64,000 bases of DNA from Alphaproteobacteria bacterium (GCA_965232515.1 CBDDPY010000002.1:4416001-4480000), one strand, 5' to 3'; positions 1-13,919 are shown, counted from the first letter of the stretch. Numbers and translations are program-made. Notes: a model not told the origin generated them from the letters alone.

Positions 1-173
1 GTTGCCGATACCGACGACGTCAAGACGTGCTTGCTGCATGAATTCCCACTCCGGCACAGGTGGGGGCGCAGTATAGAGCGGCGGAATCGCGGCACAAGCC
101 CGTCCGGGCCGGCGTCTGTACATCGGTCGTCGGGCCGTTCATAGTGCGCGCCGTCAATCAGGGACGCCGAACC

Positions 174-1580
174 ATGCCGACAGACCTTTACAAGCTGACC
201 GCCTGCGAGGCGGTCGATCTGCTGCAGCGCCGCGAGCTGTCGCCGAGCGACTTGATCGATGCCGCCGCGGCCCGGATCGAGGCCGTCGACGGTGCCGTCA
301 ATTCGCTGCCGACGCTGTGCCTGGACCGGGCCCGCGCCCAGGCTGACCGGCTGGCCGATGTCGCACCGCTCCACGGTCTGCCGATCGCGGTCAAGGATCT
401 GACCGACGTGGCCGGCGTGCGGACGACGCTCGGTTCGCCGATTTTTGCCGATCGCGTGCCGGACAGCTCGGGCGTCGTTGTCGAGGTGCTGGAGGCCCGC
501 GGCGCCAACGTGATCGCCAAAGCCAACACGCCGGAGTTCGGCGCCGGCGCAAACACGTTCAACGAGGTGTTCGGCGCCACCCGCAATCCCTGGGACACGC
601 GCAAGACCTGCGGCGGCTCCTCGGGCGGTTCCGCGGTGGCGCTGGCGACCGGCCAGGTCGCGCTCGCCACCGGCTCAGATTACGGCGGCTCGTTACGCAT
701 TCCGGCCTCGTTCTGCGGCATTGTCGGCTTCCGGCCGAGCCCGGGCTGCGTCCCGCACGGGCCGGGCGCGCTGCCGTTCCAGACCCAGGCCGTCGACGGC
801 CCGATGGCGCGCAACGTCGCCGACGTGGCCCTGATGCTGGATGCCATGGCCGGCCAGCATCGGCGCGATCCGATCTCGCGGCCGGCGCCGGCGACCTCCT
901 ACCGAGCGGCGGTGGCCGCGCCGTCGGCGCCGAAACGCATCGCCTGGAGCCCGGATCTGGGCATTGCCCCAGTCGATCCCGAGGTGCGCGACATTTGCGC
1001 CGAGGCGGCGGGCTGGTTCGCGCGGGACGGCGCCGAGGTGAGCGAGGCCTGCTTCGACCTGAGCGATGCCCGCGACATGTTCCGTACATTGCGCGCGGTG
1101 CAGTTCGCCTCCGGCTACACGGCGCTGCTTGAAAACCATCGCGATCAGCTCAAGCCGGAGGTGATCTGGAACATCGAAACCGGGTTGAACTTGACAGGCG
1201 CGGAAGTCTGCCAGGCTGAAGCCGCCCGTGGCGCGCTCTTTCATCGGGTGAGCGCCTTCTTCGACGATTACGACCTGCTGCTCTGCCCGGTCGTGATGAC
1301 GCCGCCGTTCGACGTCGAGATCCGCTATCTGTCGGAGTTCGGCGGTGTGACCTTCGAAAACTACGTCGACTGGCTGATGATGACCTTCGTGCTGACGCTG
1401 ACGGGCTGTCCGTCGCTGTCATTGCCATGCGGGTTTACCAGCGACGGTTTGCCGATCGGCCTGCAGATCCTGGGGCCGCCGCATGGCGAGGCCGAAATCC
1501 TGTCGGCCGCGGCGCTCTATGAGGCGGCGCACGACTTCGCCGCGCGGACGCCAATGGACCCCGTGGTCAGGCATGCCTGA
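174..1580 (+). CDS. Amidase (amidase signature family)
   Basis: GGSSGGSAVA and GSDYGGSLRIPAS motifs; start moved to the ATG at 174 (MPTDLY). Confidence 0.92.
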   Translation: MPTDLYKLTACEAVDLLQRRELSPSDLIDAAAARIEAVDGAVNSLPTLCLDRARAQADRLADVAPLHGLPIAVKDLTDVAGVRTTLGSPIFADRVPDSSGVVVEVLEARGANVIAKANTPEFGAGANTFNEVFGATRNPWDTRKTCGGSSGGSAVALATGQVALATGSDYGGSLRIPASFCGIVGFRPSPGCVPHGPGALPFQTQAVDGPMARNVADVALMLDAMAGQHRRDPISRPAPATSYRAAVAAPSAPKRIAWSPDLGIAPVDPEVRDICAEAAGWFARDGAEVSEACFDLSDARDMFRTLRAVQFASGYTALLENHRDQLKPEVIWNIETGLNLTGAEVCQAEAARGALFHRVSAFFDDYDLLLCPVVMTPPFDVEIRYLSEFGGVTFENYVDWLMMTFVLTLTGCPSLSLPCGFTSDGLPIGLQILGPPHGEAEILSAAALYEAAHDFAARTPMDPVVRHA

Positions 1581-1613
1581 TTTGCGGGTCCGGCTGGCAA
1601 AGCGGGGCCGGTC

Positions 1614-2318
1614 ATGATCGCCGCCGCGTTCATCAAGGCGGTCCAGCAGCTCGGCGATCCGCGCGTCCGCAAGGTGGTGATTCTGGGATTTCTCCTGGCC
1701 GCCGGACTGCTGCTCCTGTTGGCCGGCATCGCTAGCTATTTCGTCTCCGACGTCAGCATTGTCGACACAACGGATTGGCCGGCCTGGCTGGCCTGGGTTG
1801 ACGGTGCGCTGAAGACGATGGTTTTCCTGATCGGCATCGGCGTCTACATGGTGCTGTTTCCGGCGATCATGACCCTCTTCATCGGCGTGTTTTTGGAAGA
1901 CGTGGCCGATGCCGTCGAGGACCGGCACTATCCGAACGATCCGCAGGGACAGGCGGTGCCGGTGGCCACAAGTCTGGCATCGTCGATGCGGTTTCTGGGG
2001 GTGACGATCCTGCTGAATCTGGCGTCACTGCCGGTGCACGTGATCTTTCTGTTCTTCCCCCTGTTAAATCTCTTTCTTTTCTATGGGTTAAACGGTTATC
2101 TTCTGAGTCGAGAGTATTTTGAGCTCGTAACCCTCCGGCATATGAAGCCTCCGGCAATTCGGGCGTTGCGGCGGCTTCATCGGGGAACATTGCTGGCGAC
2201 CGGCGTGGTCATCGTGTTCTTGATGACGGTACCGCTGGTCAATCTGCTGGCGCCCGTCGTGGCAACTGCGGCCATGGTGCATGTCTACAAGCGGTTGGCG
2301 GCGCGGCAAACGAGCTAG
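1614..2318 (+). CDS. EI24/CysZ-like membrane protein
   Basis: Multi-TM; FLEDVADAVEDRHY, LNGYLLSREYFE and VPLVNLLAPV motifs. Confidence 0.85.
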   Translation: MIAAAFIKAVQQLGDPRVRKVVILGFLLAAGLLLLLAGIASYFVSDVSIVDTTDWPAWLAWVDGALKTMVFLIGIGVYMVLFPAIMTLFIGVFLEDVADAVEDRHYPNDPQGQAVPVATSLASSMRFLGVTILLNLASLPVHVIFLFFPLLNLFLFYGLNGYLLSREYFELVTLRHMKPPAIRALRRLHRGTLLATGVVIVFLMTVPLVNLLAPVVATAAMVHVYKRLAARQTS

Positions 2319-2506
2319 TCCTGTGTGCCCGGGGACGCGCGGCGGACGTTTTTGACGCCACTGCGGCGGAAAGTGATCGGCGATCGATAATTTTCCCTAT
2401 GTCCCGAATCGGTAACGCGTTATTGGTGTTTTTCGCCGATTACGTTACGGAAAGTCTTTTCCGGCGGTTTTTCGGCGTCCTGATCGGTTAACTGGATAGA
2501 ATCACC

Positions 2507-3091
2507 ATGTTCGGTCGTAAAAAGGATCAGAACGTTCCCACGACAGAGGTGCCGGCGACAACGCATGCCTCGGCATCCACCAAGGCACAGCAAACACAGG
2601 GAAGCAGCATGGCCAATTCGTCAGGCGACCGGCCGGCCGGTTCCGGCGGCTTCCGGCCGGAAATCGCCAGACGCGTCCCCGATCTGCCGGGCGCGTCGCG
2701 TTCCGCCGGCGATGATAATGAGGATGCGAAGAAGCTTATTGTCGGTCGCGAAATCGAGCTCAATGGCGAGATTACGACCTGCGATACGCTCGTTGTCGAA
2801 GGTAAGGTGACGGCCTCGTTGGGCCGGTGCCGGCGCATCGAGATCACCGATTCGGGGATCTTCAAGGGCGCGGCGGAGATCGATGAGGCGGAGATCAGCG
2901 GCCTGTTCGAAGGCGATCTGAAGGTCCGCGGTCAGCTGTTGCTGCGTGCGAGCGGCCGGATCAAGGGCGATGTCCGCTACGGCCGGCTGGAGATCGAGTC
3001 CGGTGGCGAGATCGTCGGCAACCTGGCGACGGTCGACGACGAGGCCGAGGCGCCGGCGGCGACGCCATTGGCCGCCGCCGAGGCGAGCTAG
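2507..3091 (+). CDS. Bactofilin (polymer-forming cytoskeletal protein)
   Basis: LIVGREIELNGEI...VEGKV...GRIKGDVRYGRLEIESGG beta-helix repeats. Confidence 0.9.
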   Translation: MFGRKKDQNVPTTEVPATTHASASTKAQQTQGSSMANSSGDRPAGSGGFRPEIARRVPDLPGASRSAGDDNEDAKKLIVGREIELNGEITTCDTLVVEGKVTASLGRCRRIEITDSGIFKGAAEIDEAEISGLFEGDLKVRGQLLLRASGRIKGDVRYGRLEIESGGEIVGNLATVDDEAEAPAATPLAAAEAS

Positions 3092-3108
3092 AGAGAGGTC
3101 AGGAACGT

Positions 3109-3603
3109 ATGGGTCGGACCGGGACGACCGTCGAGGCAATTGTTCATATCTGCAGGGCGCCGCGATTGCGGCGGAACCTGTTGCCGGTGATTCTGATCGC
3201 CGGACTTGCCGCTTGCGGCACGCCACGGCAATCCGCGACCGATCCGGCGCCCGGAGAGGCAACCGCCCCGACACGAACCGAGACCGAGACGCCGCGGCAG
3301 ACGGCGAAGCCAGCGCCGCCGGTGCTGCCCAGGCCCGATTCCAAGCGCATGATGGGTCTGAACAGGAACGATCTCGCCTCGCTGCTTGGCAGTCCGACGT
3401 TGCGGCGCGCCGACCCGCCGGCCGAGGTCTGGCAATATCGCGACAATGCCTGCGTGCTGCATGTCTTCCTGTATCAGGATCCCGTGAGCGGCGGTTATGC
3501 CGTGACCTATGTTGACACGGTGCAACGCGGCAGCCGCCTGCTCAGCAACGACGACTGCTTCGGCGCGATTCTGCAAACGGACGGCGCGGCCCGCGATAGC
3601 TGA
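3109..3603 (+). CDS. Putative lipoprotein (BamE/SmpA-like small domain)
   Basis: Lipobox LAAC; LLGSPTLRR...EVWQY motif; start uncertain. Confidence 0.7.
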   Translation: MGRTGTTVEAIVHICRAPRLRRNLLPVILIAGLAACGTPRQSATDPAPGEATAPTRTETETPRQTAKPAPPVLPRPDSKRMMGLNRNDLASLLGSPTLRRADPPAEVWQYRDNACVLHVFLYQDPVSGGYAVTYVDTVQRGSRLLSNDDCFGAILQTDGAARDS

Positions 3604-3622
3604 CGGTTGCGGCAGGCCGCGA

Positions 3623-4258
3623 TCAGGCCGTCGTCTTGCCCTTGAAACGGCAAAATTCCCGCACCACGCACGCCGCACAGTCCGGCTTGCGCGCCTTGCA
3701 AACATAGCGCCCGTGCAGAATCAGCCAGTGGTGCGCGTGCAGCCGATAGGCCTCGGGCACGACCTTCTCCAGCTTCTTCTCGACCGCCAGCGGCGTCTTT
3801 CCCGGCGCCAACCCGGTGCGGTTTGAGATGCGAAAAATGTGCGTATCGACGGCGATCGTCGGCACGCCGAACGCCATGTTCAAAACCACGTTGGCGGTTT
3901 TGCGGCCAACGCCCGGCAGCGCTTCCAACGCCTCCCTGTCCCGCGGCACGTCGCCGTCATGGTGTTCCAGCAGCGCCTGGCTGAGCGCGATGACGTTTTT
4001 GGCCTTGTTGTTGAACAGGCCGATGGTCTTGATGTGCTCCTTCAGCTTGGCCTCGCCGAGATCGAGCATCTTTTGCGGCGTGTCGGCGACGACGAACAGT
4101 TTCTTGGTGGCCTTGTTGACGCCGACATCGGTCGCCTGCGCCGACAGCACGACCGCGACCAGCAGGGTGTAGGCGTTGACGTAGTCCAGTTCGCCCTTCG
4201 GCTCCGGCCGCTCGGCCTTCAGCGCGGCAAAAAATCCTTCGATGTCGGCTTTCTTCAT
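3623..4258 (-). CDS. nth: Endonuclease III
   Basis: LSAQATDVGVN, LPGVGRKTANV HhH motif, C-terminal CKARKPDCAACVVREFC Fe-S motif. Confidence 0.97.
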   Translation of the reverse strand: MKKADIEGFFAALKAERPEPKGELDYVNAYTLLVAVVLSAQATDVGVNKATKKLFVVADTPQKMLDLGEAKLKEHIKTIGLFNNKAKNVIALSQALLEHHDGDVPRDREALEALPGVGRKTANVVLNMAFGVPTIAVDTHIFRISNRTGLAPGKTPLAVEKKLEKVVPEAYRLHAHHWLILHGRYVCKARKPDCAACVVREFCRFKGKTTA

Positions 4259-4336
4259 GGGCGCCGATCCTAGCCCGCGCCGGCGGGAGCGGCAAAGTCT
4301 CTGGTCCGTGTGGGCGGTGCGAGCTATTTTGTTGGC

Positions 4337-4840
4337 ATGGCAGAGAGCGATCCGACGGCCGAATCGCCGGCGCTTCACTTCAATGCGGTGCTGCAGCCGC
4401 ACCGCAGCCTCGGTCCGCGCGGATTCTATCTGCTGATGGGCTTCATCTGTGTCGTCAGTTTCGTCGCCGGGATCGCCTTCGCCCTGCAGGGCGCCTGGCC
4501 GGTATTCGGCTTCTTCGGTCTCGACGTGCTGGCGATCTACATCGCTTTCCGCCTGAGCTACCGCAGCGGCCGGCTGTTCGAGACCGTGCAGCTATCGGAC
4601 GAGCGGCTGACCGTTCAGCGCTGCTTTCCAAACGGCAGGAACCTGAGCTGGTCTTTTCCGGCGCATTGGGTGCGGGTCAAGTTGGAGTCCTGGGACGTGG
4701 GCAAGGGCGCCGTGCGACTTGCCAGCCACGGGCGAGACGTGGCCGTCGGCAGTTTTCTGACTGTCGAGGAACGGGCGGAGTTTGCCGACGCGCTGGAAGA
4801 TGCGCTGCGACGATTACGTACCCGGCCTTGGCCCGCCTGA
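4337..4840 (+). CDS. DUF2244 family membrane protein
   Basis: LQPHRSL, GAWPVFGFFGLD and GSFLTVEER motifs; usual position divergent from nth. Confidence 0.88.
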   Translation: MAESDPTAESPALHFNAVLQPHRSLGPRGFYLLMGFICVVSFVAGIAFALQGAWPVFGFFGLDVLAIYIAFRLSYRSGRLFETVQLSDERLTVQRCFPNGRNLSWSFPAHWVRVKLESWDVGKGAVRLASHGRDVAVGSFLTVEERAEFADALEDALRRLRTRPWPA

Positions 4841-4847
4841 GCCCGGC

Positions 4848-5654
4848 TTAGAACCCCAGCACGTCCGCCATCGAATAAAGCCCCGGCGGCTTGCCATGCA
4901 GCCACAGCGCGGCGCGCACGCCGCCCCGGGCGAAGATCGCCCGGTCGGTCGCCCGATGGGTGAGCTCGACACGCTCGTTGTCGGCCGCGAAGATCACCGA
5001 ATGCTCGCCGGCGACGTTGCCGCCGCGCAGCACGGCATAGCCGATATCGCCGCGCCGCCGCTCGCCGGTGATGCCGTCGCGGCCGCGGTCGGCCACGTCG
5101 TCGTGCGGTACGCGTCGGCCCTCGGCGGCGGCCTGGCCCAGCGCCAGCGCCGTGCCGGACGGTGCGTCGACCTTGTGTCTGTGGTGCATCTCCAGCACCT
5201 CGATGTCGAAATCGGGATCGAGCAGGCCGGCGACCTGGCGCGTGATCGCCAGCAGCACGTTGACGCCGACGCTCATGTTGGCGGCCCGGACGATGGCGGT
5301 CTTCTCGGCCGCCGACAGAATTGCCGCTTCCTGATCGGGTTCCAGTCCCGTGGTGCCGGCGATCAGGCCAGCGCCGGCATCGGCCGCCAGCGACGCATGC
5401 TCGGCGGTGGCGGCAGGCACCGTGAAATCGAGCACCACATCAACGTCGGCGAACATGGCCCTGGGGTCGTCGCCGACCGTCAGCCCCAGATCGCCGAGGC
5501 CAGCCAACGCGCCCAGGTCTTGGCCGACGGCCGCGTGTCCCGGCCGTTCCGTGCCGCCGCCGATCGCCGCGCCTTCGGTTTGGGCGATCCGCCGTAGCAG
5601 GTTCGTTCCCATACGGCCGGCGCAGCCGACCACGCCCATTCTCACATCCGTCAT
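4848..5654 (-). CDS. dapB: 4-hydroxy-tetrahydrodipicolinate reductase
   Basis: GCAGRMG and EMHHRHKVDAPSGTA motifs. Confidence 0.97.
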   Translation of the reverse strand: MTDVRMGVVGCAGRMGTNLLRRIAQTEGAAIGGGTERPGHAAVGQDLGALAGLGDLGLTVGDDPRAMFADVDVVLDFTVPAATAEHASLAADAGAGLIAGTTGLEPDQEAAILSAAEKTAIVRAANMSVGVNVLLAITRQVAGLLDPDFDIEVLEMHHRHKVDAPSGTALALGQAAAEGRRVPHDDVADRGRDGITGERRRGDIGYAVLRGGNVAGEHSVIFAADNERVELTHRATDRAIFARGGVRAALWLHGKPPGLYSMADVLGF

Positions 5655-5769
5655 CGCGCCCTCCCGTTCGGAATTGTCGCCAAGCGGATTGTAACCCCGG
5701 TACGACGGGGGCGACGTGGAAGAAATGCAGGACAGAAGTTTCGGCCGAACTGTCGCCGAAACCGACCGG

Positions 5770-6903
5770 TTATTCCGTCAGGTCGTCCCAGAGTTCCTTG
5801 ACCTTCTTGAAAAAGCCTTCGGTCTCCGGGCTGGTCTTCTCCTTGGTGCCGGCGTCCTCGAATTCCTTCAGCAGGTCTTTCTGCTTTTTCGTCATGTGGA
5901 CCGGCGTTTCAACCACGACCTGGATCATCATGTCGCCGAAGCCCTGGCCGCGCATATGGGGCATGCCCTTGCCGCGCAGCCGGAACTGCTTGCCGGTTTG
6001 GGTGCCGGCCGGGACCGTCACGTTGACCTGCTTGCCCTCCAGCGTCGGCACGGCGATGCTGCCGCCCAGCGCTGCCGTCACCATGGAGATGGGCACGCGG
6101 CAGGCGACCTGCGCGCCCTCGCGCCGGAAGATCGGGTGCGGCGCGACGCTGATAAAAATGTAGAGGTCGCCGGCCGGTCCGCCGCGCAGGCCCGCCTCGC
6201 CCTTGCCGGCGAGACGGATGCGGGTGCCGTCCTCGACGCCGGCCGGGATCGTCACGGCCAGCATGTTGTCTTTCTGCACGCGGCCCGCGCCGCCGCAGCT
6301 CTGGCAGGGCGTCTCGATGACCTGGCCGGCCCCGTGGCAGCTCGGACAGGTGCGTTCGATGGTGAAGAATCCCTGCTGCGCCCGGACCTTGCCGTAGCCC
6401 TGGCAGGTTGGACAGGTGGTCGGCTGCGAGCCGGCGGCCGCGCCGCTGCCGTGGCAGGCCTCGCAGGCCTCCGATGTCGGCACGCGGATCTGCGCCTTCT
6501 TGCCGTGATAGGCGTCGGCCAGATCGACTTCCAGGTTGTAGCGCAGGTCCGCGCCGCGGCTGGCACCGCTGCCGCCGCGCCGGCGGCCGCCGCCCATGAA
6601 CTCGCCGAACAGGTCGTCGAAGACGTCGGCGAAGCTGGAGGAGAAATCGAAGCCGGCTCCCGGTCCGGCGCCGTTACCGGCAAAGGCGGCGTGGCCGAAC
6701 TGGTCGTAAGCCTGCCGTTTTTCGTCGTCCGACAGGATCTCGTAGGCTTCAGAGACTTCCTTGAACTTTTGCTCGGCCGCGGTATCGCCCGGATTGCGGT
6801 CCGGGTGGTACTTCATCGCGAGTTTGCGGTAGGCCTTTTTGATATCGGCGGCCGACGCCGATCGTCCAACCCCAAGCAGCTCGTAAAAATCCGTACTGGC
6901 CAT
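5770..6903 (-). CDS. dnaJ: Chaperone DnaJ
   Basis: J-domain HPD; four CxxCxGxG repeats. Confidence 0.98.
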   Translation of the reverse strand: MASTDFYELLGVGRSASAADIKKAYRKLAMKYHPDRNPGDTAAEQKFKEVSEAYEILSDDEKRQAYDQFGHAAFAGNGAGPGAGFDFSSSFADVFDDLFGEFMGGGRRRGGSGASRGADLRYNLEVDLADAYHGKKAQIRVPTSEACEACHGSGAAAGSQPTTCPTCQGYGKVRAQQGFFTIERTCPSCHGAGQVIETPCQSCGGAGRVQKDNMLAVTIPAGVEDGTRIRLAGKGEAGLRGGPAGDLYIFISVAPHPIFRREGAQVACRVPISMVTAALGGSIAVPTLEGKQVNVTVPAGTQTGKQFRLRGKGMPHMRGQGFGDMMIQVVVETPVHMTKKQKDLLKEFEDAGTKEKTSPETEGFFKKVKELWDDLTE

Positions 6904-7010
6904 GGGTCGATGACCTTACAGAAGATACGTCCATAGGGCGATAGCCCGATCCGTCGGACCGGGCCTGGCCCCGACAACGCGAAACATGAACATGAGCCCC
7001 CGGCCTGCGA

Positions 7011-8960
<1,950 letters not shown>

Positions 8961-9060
8961 TGCCCATTACCTCCTGCGGCAGGTCTTCGCGGCCACATTG
9001 GCACCGCGTCGGACCCCCATGGTTTCTGCGGAAATTGCAGTATTCAAACACACGGGCGGT

Positions 9061-9089
9061 ATATAGGACCGGAATAGGTCCATCGCAAC
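9061..9089 (-). promoter_or_regulatory. Putative RpoH (sigma32) promoter of dnaKJ
   Basis: Minus strand reads GTTG-N18-CCTATAT, close to the alphaproteobacterial RpoH consensus CTTG-N17/18-CCTATAT, about 100 nt upstream of dnaK. Confidence 0.65.
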
Positions 9090-9161
9090 CGTCCGCGTTG
9101 CCATTTGGCTACAATCAGTTGCCATTCTGCTACATCCGGGCGCATCTGCCGTGGCCGGATG

Positions 9162-9869
9162 TCAGGCCTGGGTATCGACCTTGCTGCCGGCGGCGGCCGC
9201 ATCGTCGGCCGGCTCGGCTGCCTTGGCCTTGGCGACGACCACCATGGCGGCGCGCAGCAGCCGGTCGTGGATGGTGTAGCCGGTCTGCATGACCTGCACC
9301 ACGGTGCCCGGTGCGGCGCTGTCGTCCTCGATTTGCGTCATCGCCTGATGCAGGTTCGGGTCCAGTTTCTCACCAATTGGATTGACCGGCTTAACGCCGT
9401 GTTTTTCCAGAGTATTTTGCAGCTCACGCTCGGTCAGCTCGACGCCTTCCAGCAGGCTGGCGAGCTCCGGATTGCCGTCCCGGGCGTCGGCGGCCACGCT
9501 GTCGAGCGCCCGGCGCATGTTATCGGCCACGCCCAGCAGATCGCGGGCGAAATCGGCGATCGCGTACTTCCTCAGATCGTCGCGCTCGCGGTCGGTCCGG
9601 CGCCGCAGGTTCTCGGTCTCGGCCACGGCGCGCAGCAGCCGGTCGCGCAGGTCGGCGACCTCGGCGGTCAGCACCGCGACGTCGTCCGCGGCGACCTCGC
9701 CGGCATTGTCGGCAGCGTCGGCTTCCGGCTCCGGCTCCGCGGCAGCTTCGGCGACAGGATCGTCCGCCGGTTCCTCGACCGGCTTATCGGCGTCGGGCGC
9801 CGGCTCGGCTGGCGCGGCGGCCTCCTGCTCGGTTCGATCCGGCCGCTCGTTGTCGTGTTGGCTGATCAT
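9162..9869 (-). CDS. grpE: Nucleotide exchange factor GrpE
   Basis: [20 protein letters not shown] and [14 protein letters not shown] motifs. Confidence 0.97.
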   Translation of the reverse strand: MISQHDNERPDRTEQEAAAPAEPAPDADKPVEEPADDPVAEAAAEPEPEADAADNAGEVAADDVAVLTAEVADLRDRLLRAVAETENLRRRTDRERDDLRKYAIADFARDLLGVADNMRRALDSVAADARDGNPELASLLEGVELTERELQNTLEKHGVKPVNPIGEKLDPNLHQAMTQIEDDSAAPGTVVQVMQTGYTIHDRLLRAAMVVVAKAKAAEPADDAAAAGSKVDTQA

Positions 9870-9923
9870 CTGATCCTCAAACCTCGTTACGGTATATGGC
9901 GTGAAACCCCGGTATGGCGGTTG

Positions 9924-10982
9924 CTATCCCATCATCCGGCCGATCACCTGGGCGGTGTAGTCGACCATCGGGACGATACGCGCGTAATTAAGGTGTGTCG
10001 GGCCGATCACGCCGATGGCGCCGACGACCTTTTGGCGGCTGTCGCTGTAGGGCGCCACAATCAGCGACGATCCCGACATCGAGAACAGCTTGTTCTCCGA
10101 ACCGATGAAAATCCGCACGCCCTCGGCCTGATGCGTCAGGTCGAGCAGCTTGATCACCTCCTCGGCGTTCTCCAGGTCGTCGAACAGCCGGCGGATGCGC
10201 TCCAGGTCCTCGATGGCGTTGACGTCGTCGAGCAGGTTGGAATGTCCGCGCACGATCAGGGTCGCGCGTTCGTCGCCGCCCCACATGGCGAGGCCCTCCG
10301 CGACCACCTTGGCCGACAGTTCGTCCAGCTCGGCACGCTTTTGCTCGAGCTCGCCGGTGATTTCGCTGTGGGCCTCGGTCAGCGTCCGGCCGCGCAGTCG
10401 GGCATTCAGATAGTTGCCGGCCTCGATCAGCGCCGAGGGCGGCAGGCCGGCCGGCAGGTCGACGATCCGGTTTTCGACCATGCCGCCTTCGGTGACGGTG
10501 ACGACGATAGCGCGCTCGTCGCCAAGGGCGACGAACTCGATATGTTTCATCGCCGCTTCGCTCTTTGGCGCGATCACTACGCCGGCGCACTGTGACAGGC
10601 CGGATAGCAAGTCGGAGGCTTCGGCCAGAACCGTCTCGAGATTGCGACCGACCTGATGACAGCGGCCTTCGATCGAAGCCCGCTCTTCTTCCGTCAGATT
10701 GCCAATCTCCAGCAGACCGTCCACGAACAGGCGCAGACCCGCCTCGGTCGGCAGCCGACCGGCCGAGGTGTGTGGCGCGAACAGCAGGCCGGCCGCCTCG
10801 AGATCCGCCATCACATTGCGGATTGAGGCCGGCGACAGGCCGATATCGAGCCTGCGCGATAATGTGCGCGAGCCGACCGGACCGCCCGTCTCCATATAGG
10901 CGGCGACGATCTCGCTAAAGACGGCGCGGCTGCGCTCGTTCAGCTCGCTGATGATCGCGATCGATGGTCGTTCGACGGACAT
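9924..10982 (-). CDS. hrcA: Heat-inducible transcription repressor HrcA
   Basis: [21 protein letters not shown] and [10 protein letters not shown] motifs. Confidence 0.97.
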   Translation of the reverse strand: MSVERPSIAIISELNERSRAVFSEIVAAYMETGGPVGSRTLSRRLDIGLSPASIRNVMADLEAAGLLFAPHTSAGRLPTEAGLRLFVDGLLEIGNLTEEERASIEGRCHQVGRNLETVLAEASDLLSGLSQCAGVVIAPKSEAAMKHIEFVALGDERAIVVTVTEGGMVENRIVDLPAGLPPSALIEAGNYLNARLRGRTLTEAHSEITGELEQKRAELDELSAKVVAEGLAMWGGDERATLIVRGHSNLLDDVNAIEDLERIRRLFDDLENAEEVIKLLDLTHQAEGVRIFIGSENKLFSMSGSSLIVAPYSDSRQKVVGAIGVIGPTHLNYARIVPMVDYTAQVIGRMMG

Positions 10983-11169
10983 GTTTTCAATACGTGCCGA
11001 TTTCCATCGCCAACGTAGTAACGCCGTTGCACCACGTCAACGCAGCGGACGATCCGGACAGCCCCACGCTGGCCCCGCCCGCGATCGTCGGGCCCGGTCC
11101 GGGGTATCTCCTGGACGCGGTCGGTCCGGAACGCTAGAAACCCTGGTTCGTCATTGACAGGAGGTTGAG

Positions 11170-11889
11170 ATGCGTCCGTCAGGCCGCGCGCCGGATGAAT
11201 TGCGTCAGGTCGGAATGGAACCCGGCTTCTCCAAGCATGCCGAGGGATCCTGCCTGATCCGGTTCGGCGATACCCACGTGCTGTGCACCGCCAGCGTGAT
11301 CGACAGCGTGCCGCCCTGGATGCGCAATTCGGGCCGCGGCTGGGTGACGGCGGAGTACGGCATGCTGCCGCGGTCGACGAACCAGCGCACGGACCGCGAG
11401 GCCGCGCGCGGCCGGCAGTCCGGACGCACGCAGGAAATCCAGCGGCTGATCGGCCGCTCGCTGCGTGCGGTTACCGATCTGGAGGCCATCGGCGAGCGTC
11501 AGATCCGAGTCGACTGCGACGTGCTGCAGGCCGACGGCGGCACGCGGACGGCCGCGATCACCGGTTCCTGGGTCGCGCTGCGCCTGGCGTTTCAGTGGAT
11601 GCAGGACCAGGGGCTGATCGAGCGCATGCCGCTGACCGACCACGTCGCCGCTATTTCCTGCGGGCTGCATGGCGGCACGGCCGTGCTCGATCTGGACTAT
11701 GCGGAGGATTCAACCGCACAGGCGGACGCCAACTTCGTGCTGACCGGGTCCGGCGGCGTGGTCGAGATCCAAAGCACGGCCGAGGACTACCCATTCACGC
11801 GCGACGAGTTCAATGCCCTGCTCGATCTGGCGGAGGCCGGCATCGAGCAACTCGTGCATCTGCAGAAACGGACCCTCGGCCTTGACTGA
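11170..11889 (+). CDS. rph: Ribonuclease PH
   Basis: [28 protein letters not shown] and [12 protein letters not shown] motifs; GGAGG RBS. Confidence 0.98.
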   Translation: MRPSGRAPDELRQVGMEPGFSKHAEGSCLIRFGDTHVLCTASVIDSVPPWMRNSGRGWVTAEYGMLPRSTNQRTDREAARGRQSGRTQEIQRLIGRSLRAVTDLEAIGERQIRVDCDVLQADGGTRTAAITGSWVALRLAFQWMQDQGLIERMPLTDHVAAISCGLHGGTAVLDLDYAEDSTAQADANFVLTGSGGVVEIQSTAEDYPFTRDEFNALLDLAEAGIEQLVHLQKRTLGLD

Positions 11890-12517
11890 CGCCGCCGTCA
11901 CGACGCGGCGGCGGTTCGCCGGCGACCGGCTGGTCGTCGCCAGCCACAATCCCGGCAAGGTCCGCGAGCTGGCCGATCTGTTGCGGCCGTTCGCGGTCGA
12001 CTGCGTCTCGGCCGGCGATCTGGGCCTGCCGGAACCGGAAGAGACCGGCACGACCTTCACCGCCAATGCCGAGCTGAAGGCGTTGGCCGCAACGACGGCG
12101 TCGGATCTGCCGGCGATCGCCGACGATTCCGGCCTGGAAGTGGCGGCCCTCGACGGCGACCCGGGCATCTATTCGGCGCGTTGGGCCGGGCCGGACAAGG
12201 ACTTCGCCTATGCCATGCAGCGGGTCGAAACGGCATTGCAGGCGGCTGGCGCCACCACGGCGGACCGGCGGCGGGCGAATTTCGCCTGCGCCCTGTCGCT
12301 CGCCTGGCCCGATGGCCATGTGGAATCCTTCTTCGGCCGCGTCGATGGCGTGCTGGTCTGGCCGCCGCGCGGCGACCGGGGCTTCGGCTACGATCCGATG
12401 TTCCTGCCCGACGGCCGCGAGCAGACCTTCGGCGAGATGGCGCCCGACGACAAGCACGCCATCAGTCATCGGGCGGTGGCGTTCCGGCTGCTGATCGATG
12501 CTTGTTTCGACGGCTGA
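11882..12517 (+). CDS. rdgB: dITP/XTP pyrophosphatase (RdgB/HAM1)
   Basis: [27 protein letters not shown] and ISHR motifs; TTG start inferred. Confidence 0.95.
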   Translation: MTDAAVTTRRRFAGDRLVVASHNPGKVRELADLLRPFAVDCVSAGDLGLPEPEETGTTFTANAELKALAATTASDLPAIADDSGLEVAALDGDPGIYSARWAGPDKDFAYAMQRVETALQAAGATTADRRRANFACALSLAWPDGHVESFFGRVDGVLVWPPRGDRGFGYDPMFLPDGREQTFGEMAPDDKHAISHRAVAFRLLIDACFDG

Positions 12518-13694
12518 ACGGCGCGACACGGCGACGGCCGGCATGGATGCCGGTTTCGGGGTCTATGTGCATTGGCCGTTCTGCCTGTCGAAATGCCCCT
12601 ATTGCGATTTCAACAGCCATGTCCGCGAGTCGGTCGACCAGGCGCGCTGGCGCGCCGCGCTGCTGGCCGAAATCGATCACACCGCCGACCAGCTCGCCGG
12701 CCGCCGGGTCGACAGCATTTTCTTCGGTGGCGGCACGCCGTCGTTGATGCCGCCGGAAACGGTTGCCGGCGTGATCGATCGGATCGCCGCGCGTTGGCCA
12801 CTGGCCGACGACGTCGAGATCACGCTCGAGGCCAATCCGACCTCGGTCGAGGCAGCGCGTTTCGCGGCCGTGACGGCCGCCGGCGTGAACCGGATTTCGC
12901 TCGGCGTGCAGGCTCTGGACGCGGCGTCGCTGCGGTTCCTCGGCCGGCAACACGGCGTTGACGAGGCGCTGGCGGCGGTCGAGCTGGCGCGCCGGAATGC
13001 CGAGCGGATGTCGTTCGATCTGATCTATGCCCGACCCGGACAGAGCGTGGCCGATTGGCGGGCCGAGCTCGGCCGTGCCCTGACGCTCGCGGACGGGCAT
13101 CTGTCGCTCTATCAGCTCACCATCGAAGAGGGCACGGCATTCCATCTGGCCGTTGCCCGCGGGACGCTGAGCATGCCGGACGACGAAACCTGCGCCGAGC
13201 TGTACGAAACCACGCAGGCGATGTGCGCCGCCGCCGGGCTGCCGGCCTACGAGATTTCCAACCATGCCGCACCGGGTCAGGCATGCCGGCACAACCTGAT
13301 TTACTGGCGCGGCGGCGAGTATGCGGGCGTTGGTCCCGGCGCCCACGGCCGTGTCCGGCGCGGCGGCGTCTGGCGGGCGACGGCGCAGTCGCGCCGCCCC
13401 GAAGACTGGCTGGCCGCGGTGGAACGGATGGGCCATGCCACCGAGTCCGACGTTGCGGTCGGTACCGATACGCGCGCGGAAGAACGGCTGATGATGGGCT
13501 TGCGTTTGGCCGAGGGCGTCCACCTCGCGAGCTTCACGGCCGATATTGGCTGTGCTCTGCCGAAGTGGATCGGCGCGGCGCGGCTGGAGCCGTTGCTCGA
13601 TGACGGCTATCTCGCGCTCGATGACGCCCGACTGACGGCGACGCCGAAAGGGCGCCAAGTGCTCAATGCTCTACTGACGCGCCTGCTGGCTTGA
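12498..13694 (+). CDS. hemW: Radical SAM heme chaperone HemW
   Basis: [17 protein letters not shown] and YEISN motifs; true start may be 12543. Confidence 0.93.
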   Translation: MLVSTAERRDTATAGMDAGFGVYVHWPFCLSKCPYCDFNSHVRESVDQARWRAALLAEIDHTADQLAGRRVDSIFFGGGTPSLMPPETVAGVIDRIAARWPLADDVEITLEANPTSVEAARFAAVTAAGVNRISLGVQALDAASLRFLGRQHGVDEALAAVELARRNAERMSFDLIYARPGQSVADWRAELGRALTLADGHLSLYQLTIEEGTAFHLAVARGTLSMPDDETCAELYETTQAMCAAAGLPAYEISNHAAPGQACRHNLIYWRGGEYAGVGPGAHGRVRRGGVWRATAQSRRPEDWLAAVERMGHATESDVAVGTDTRAEERLMMGLRLAEGVHLASFTADIGCALPKWIGAARLEPLLDDGYLALDDARLTATPKGRQVLNALLTRLLA

Positions 13695-13698
13695 GATT

Positions 13699-13914
13699 TC
13701 AGCGCGGCGACCGGCCGGTCAGTGGTTGGCCGGTCAGCAGCGTCACGAGATGCGCGAGCATCAGGACGACCACGACCAGCGCGACGAATTGAATGGCACC
13801 GAACGGGATCAGCGGCGGGTTGCCGGGCAGGCGCGGCTGCCGGGATCGGTAGTTCGCCAAGCCGAAGGCGATCACGCCGACGGCGAGCACGATCAGCGTC
13901 GGCGCCAAGGGCAT
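13699..13914 (-). CDS. Small two-TM membrane protein
   Basis: Two hydrophobic helices; fills the gap between hemW and the lpoA-like gene. Confidence 0.7.
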   Translation of the reverse strand: MPLAPTLIVLAVGVIAFGLANYRSRQPRLPGNPPLIPFGAIQFVALVVVVLMLAHLVTLLTGQPLTGRSPR

Positions 13915-13919
13915 GCGGG

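Noticed and set aside
8961-11169. CIRCE operator expected near hrcA, grpE or dnaK
   Set aside because: No TTAGCACTC-N9-GAGTGCTAA found by eye; an RpoH-type promoter explains dnaK regulation.
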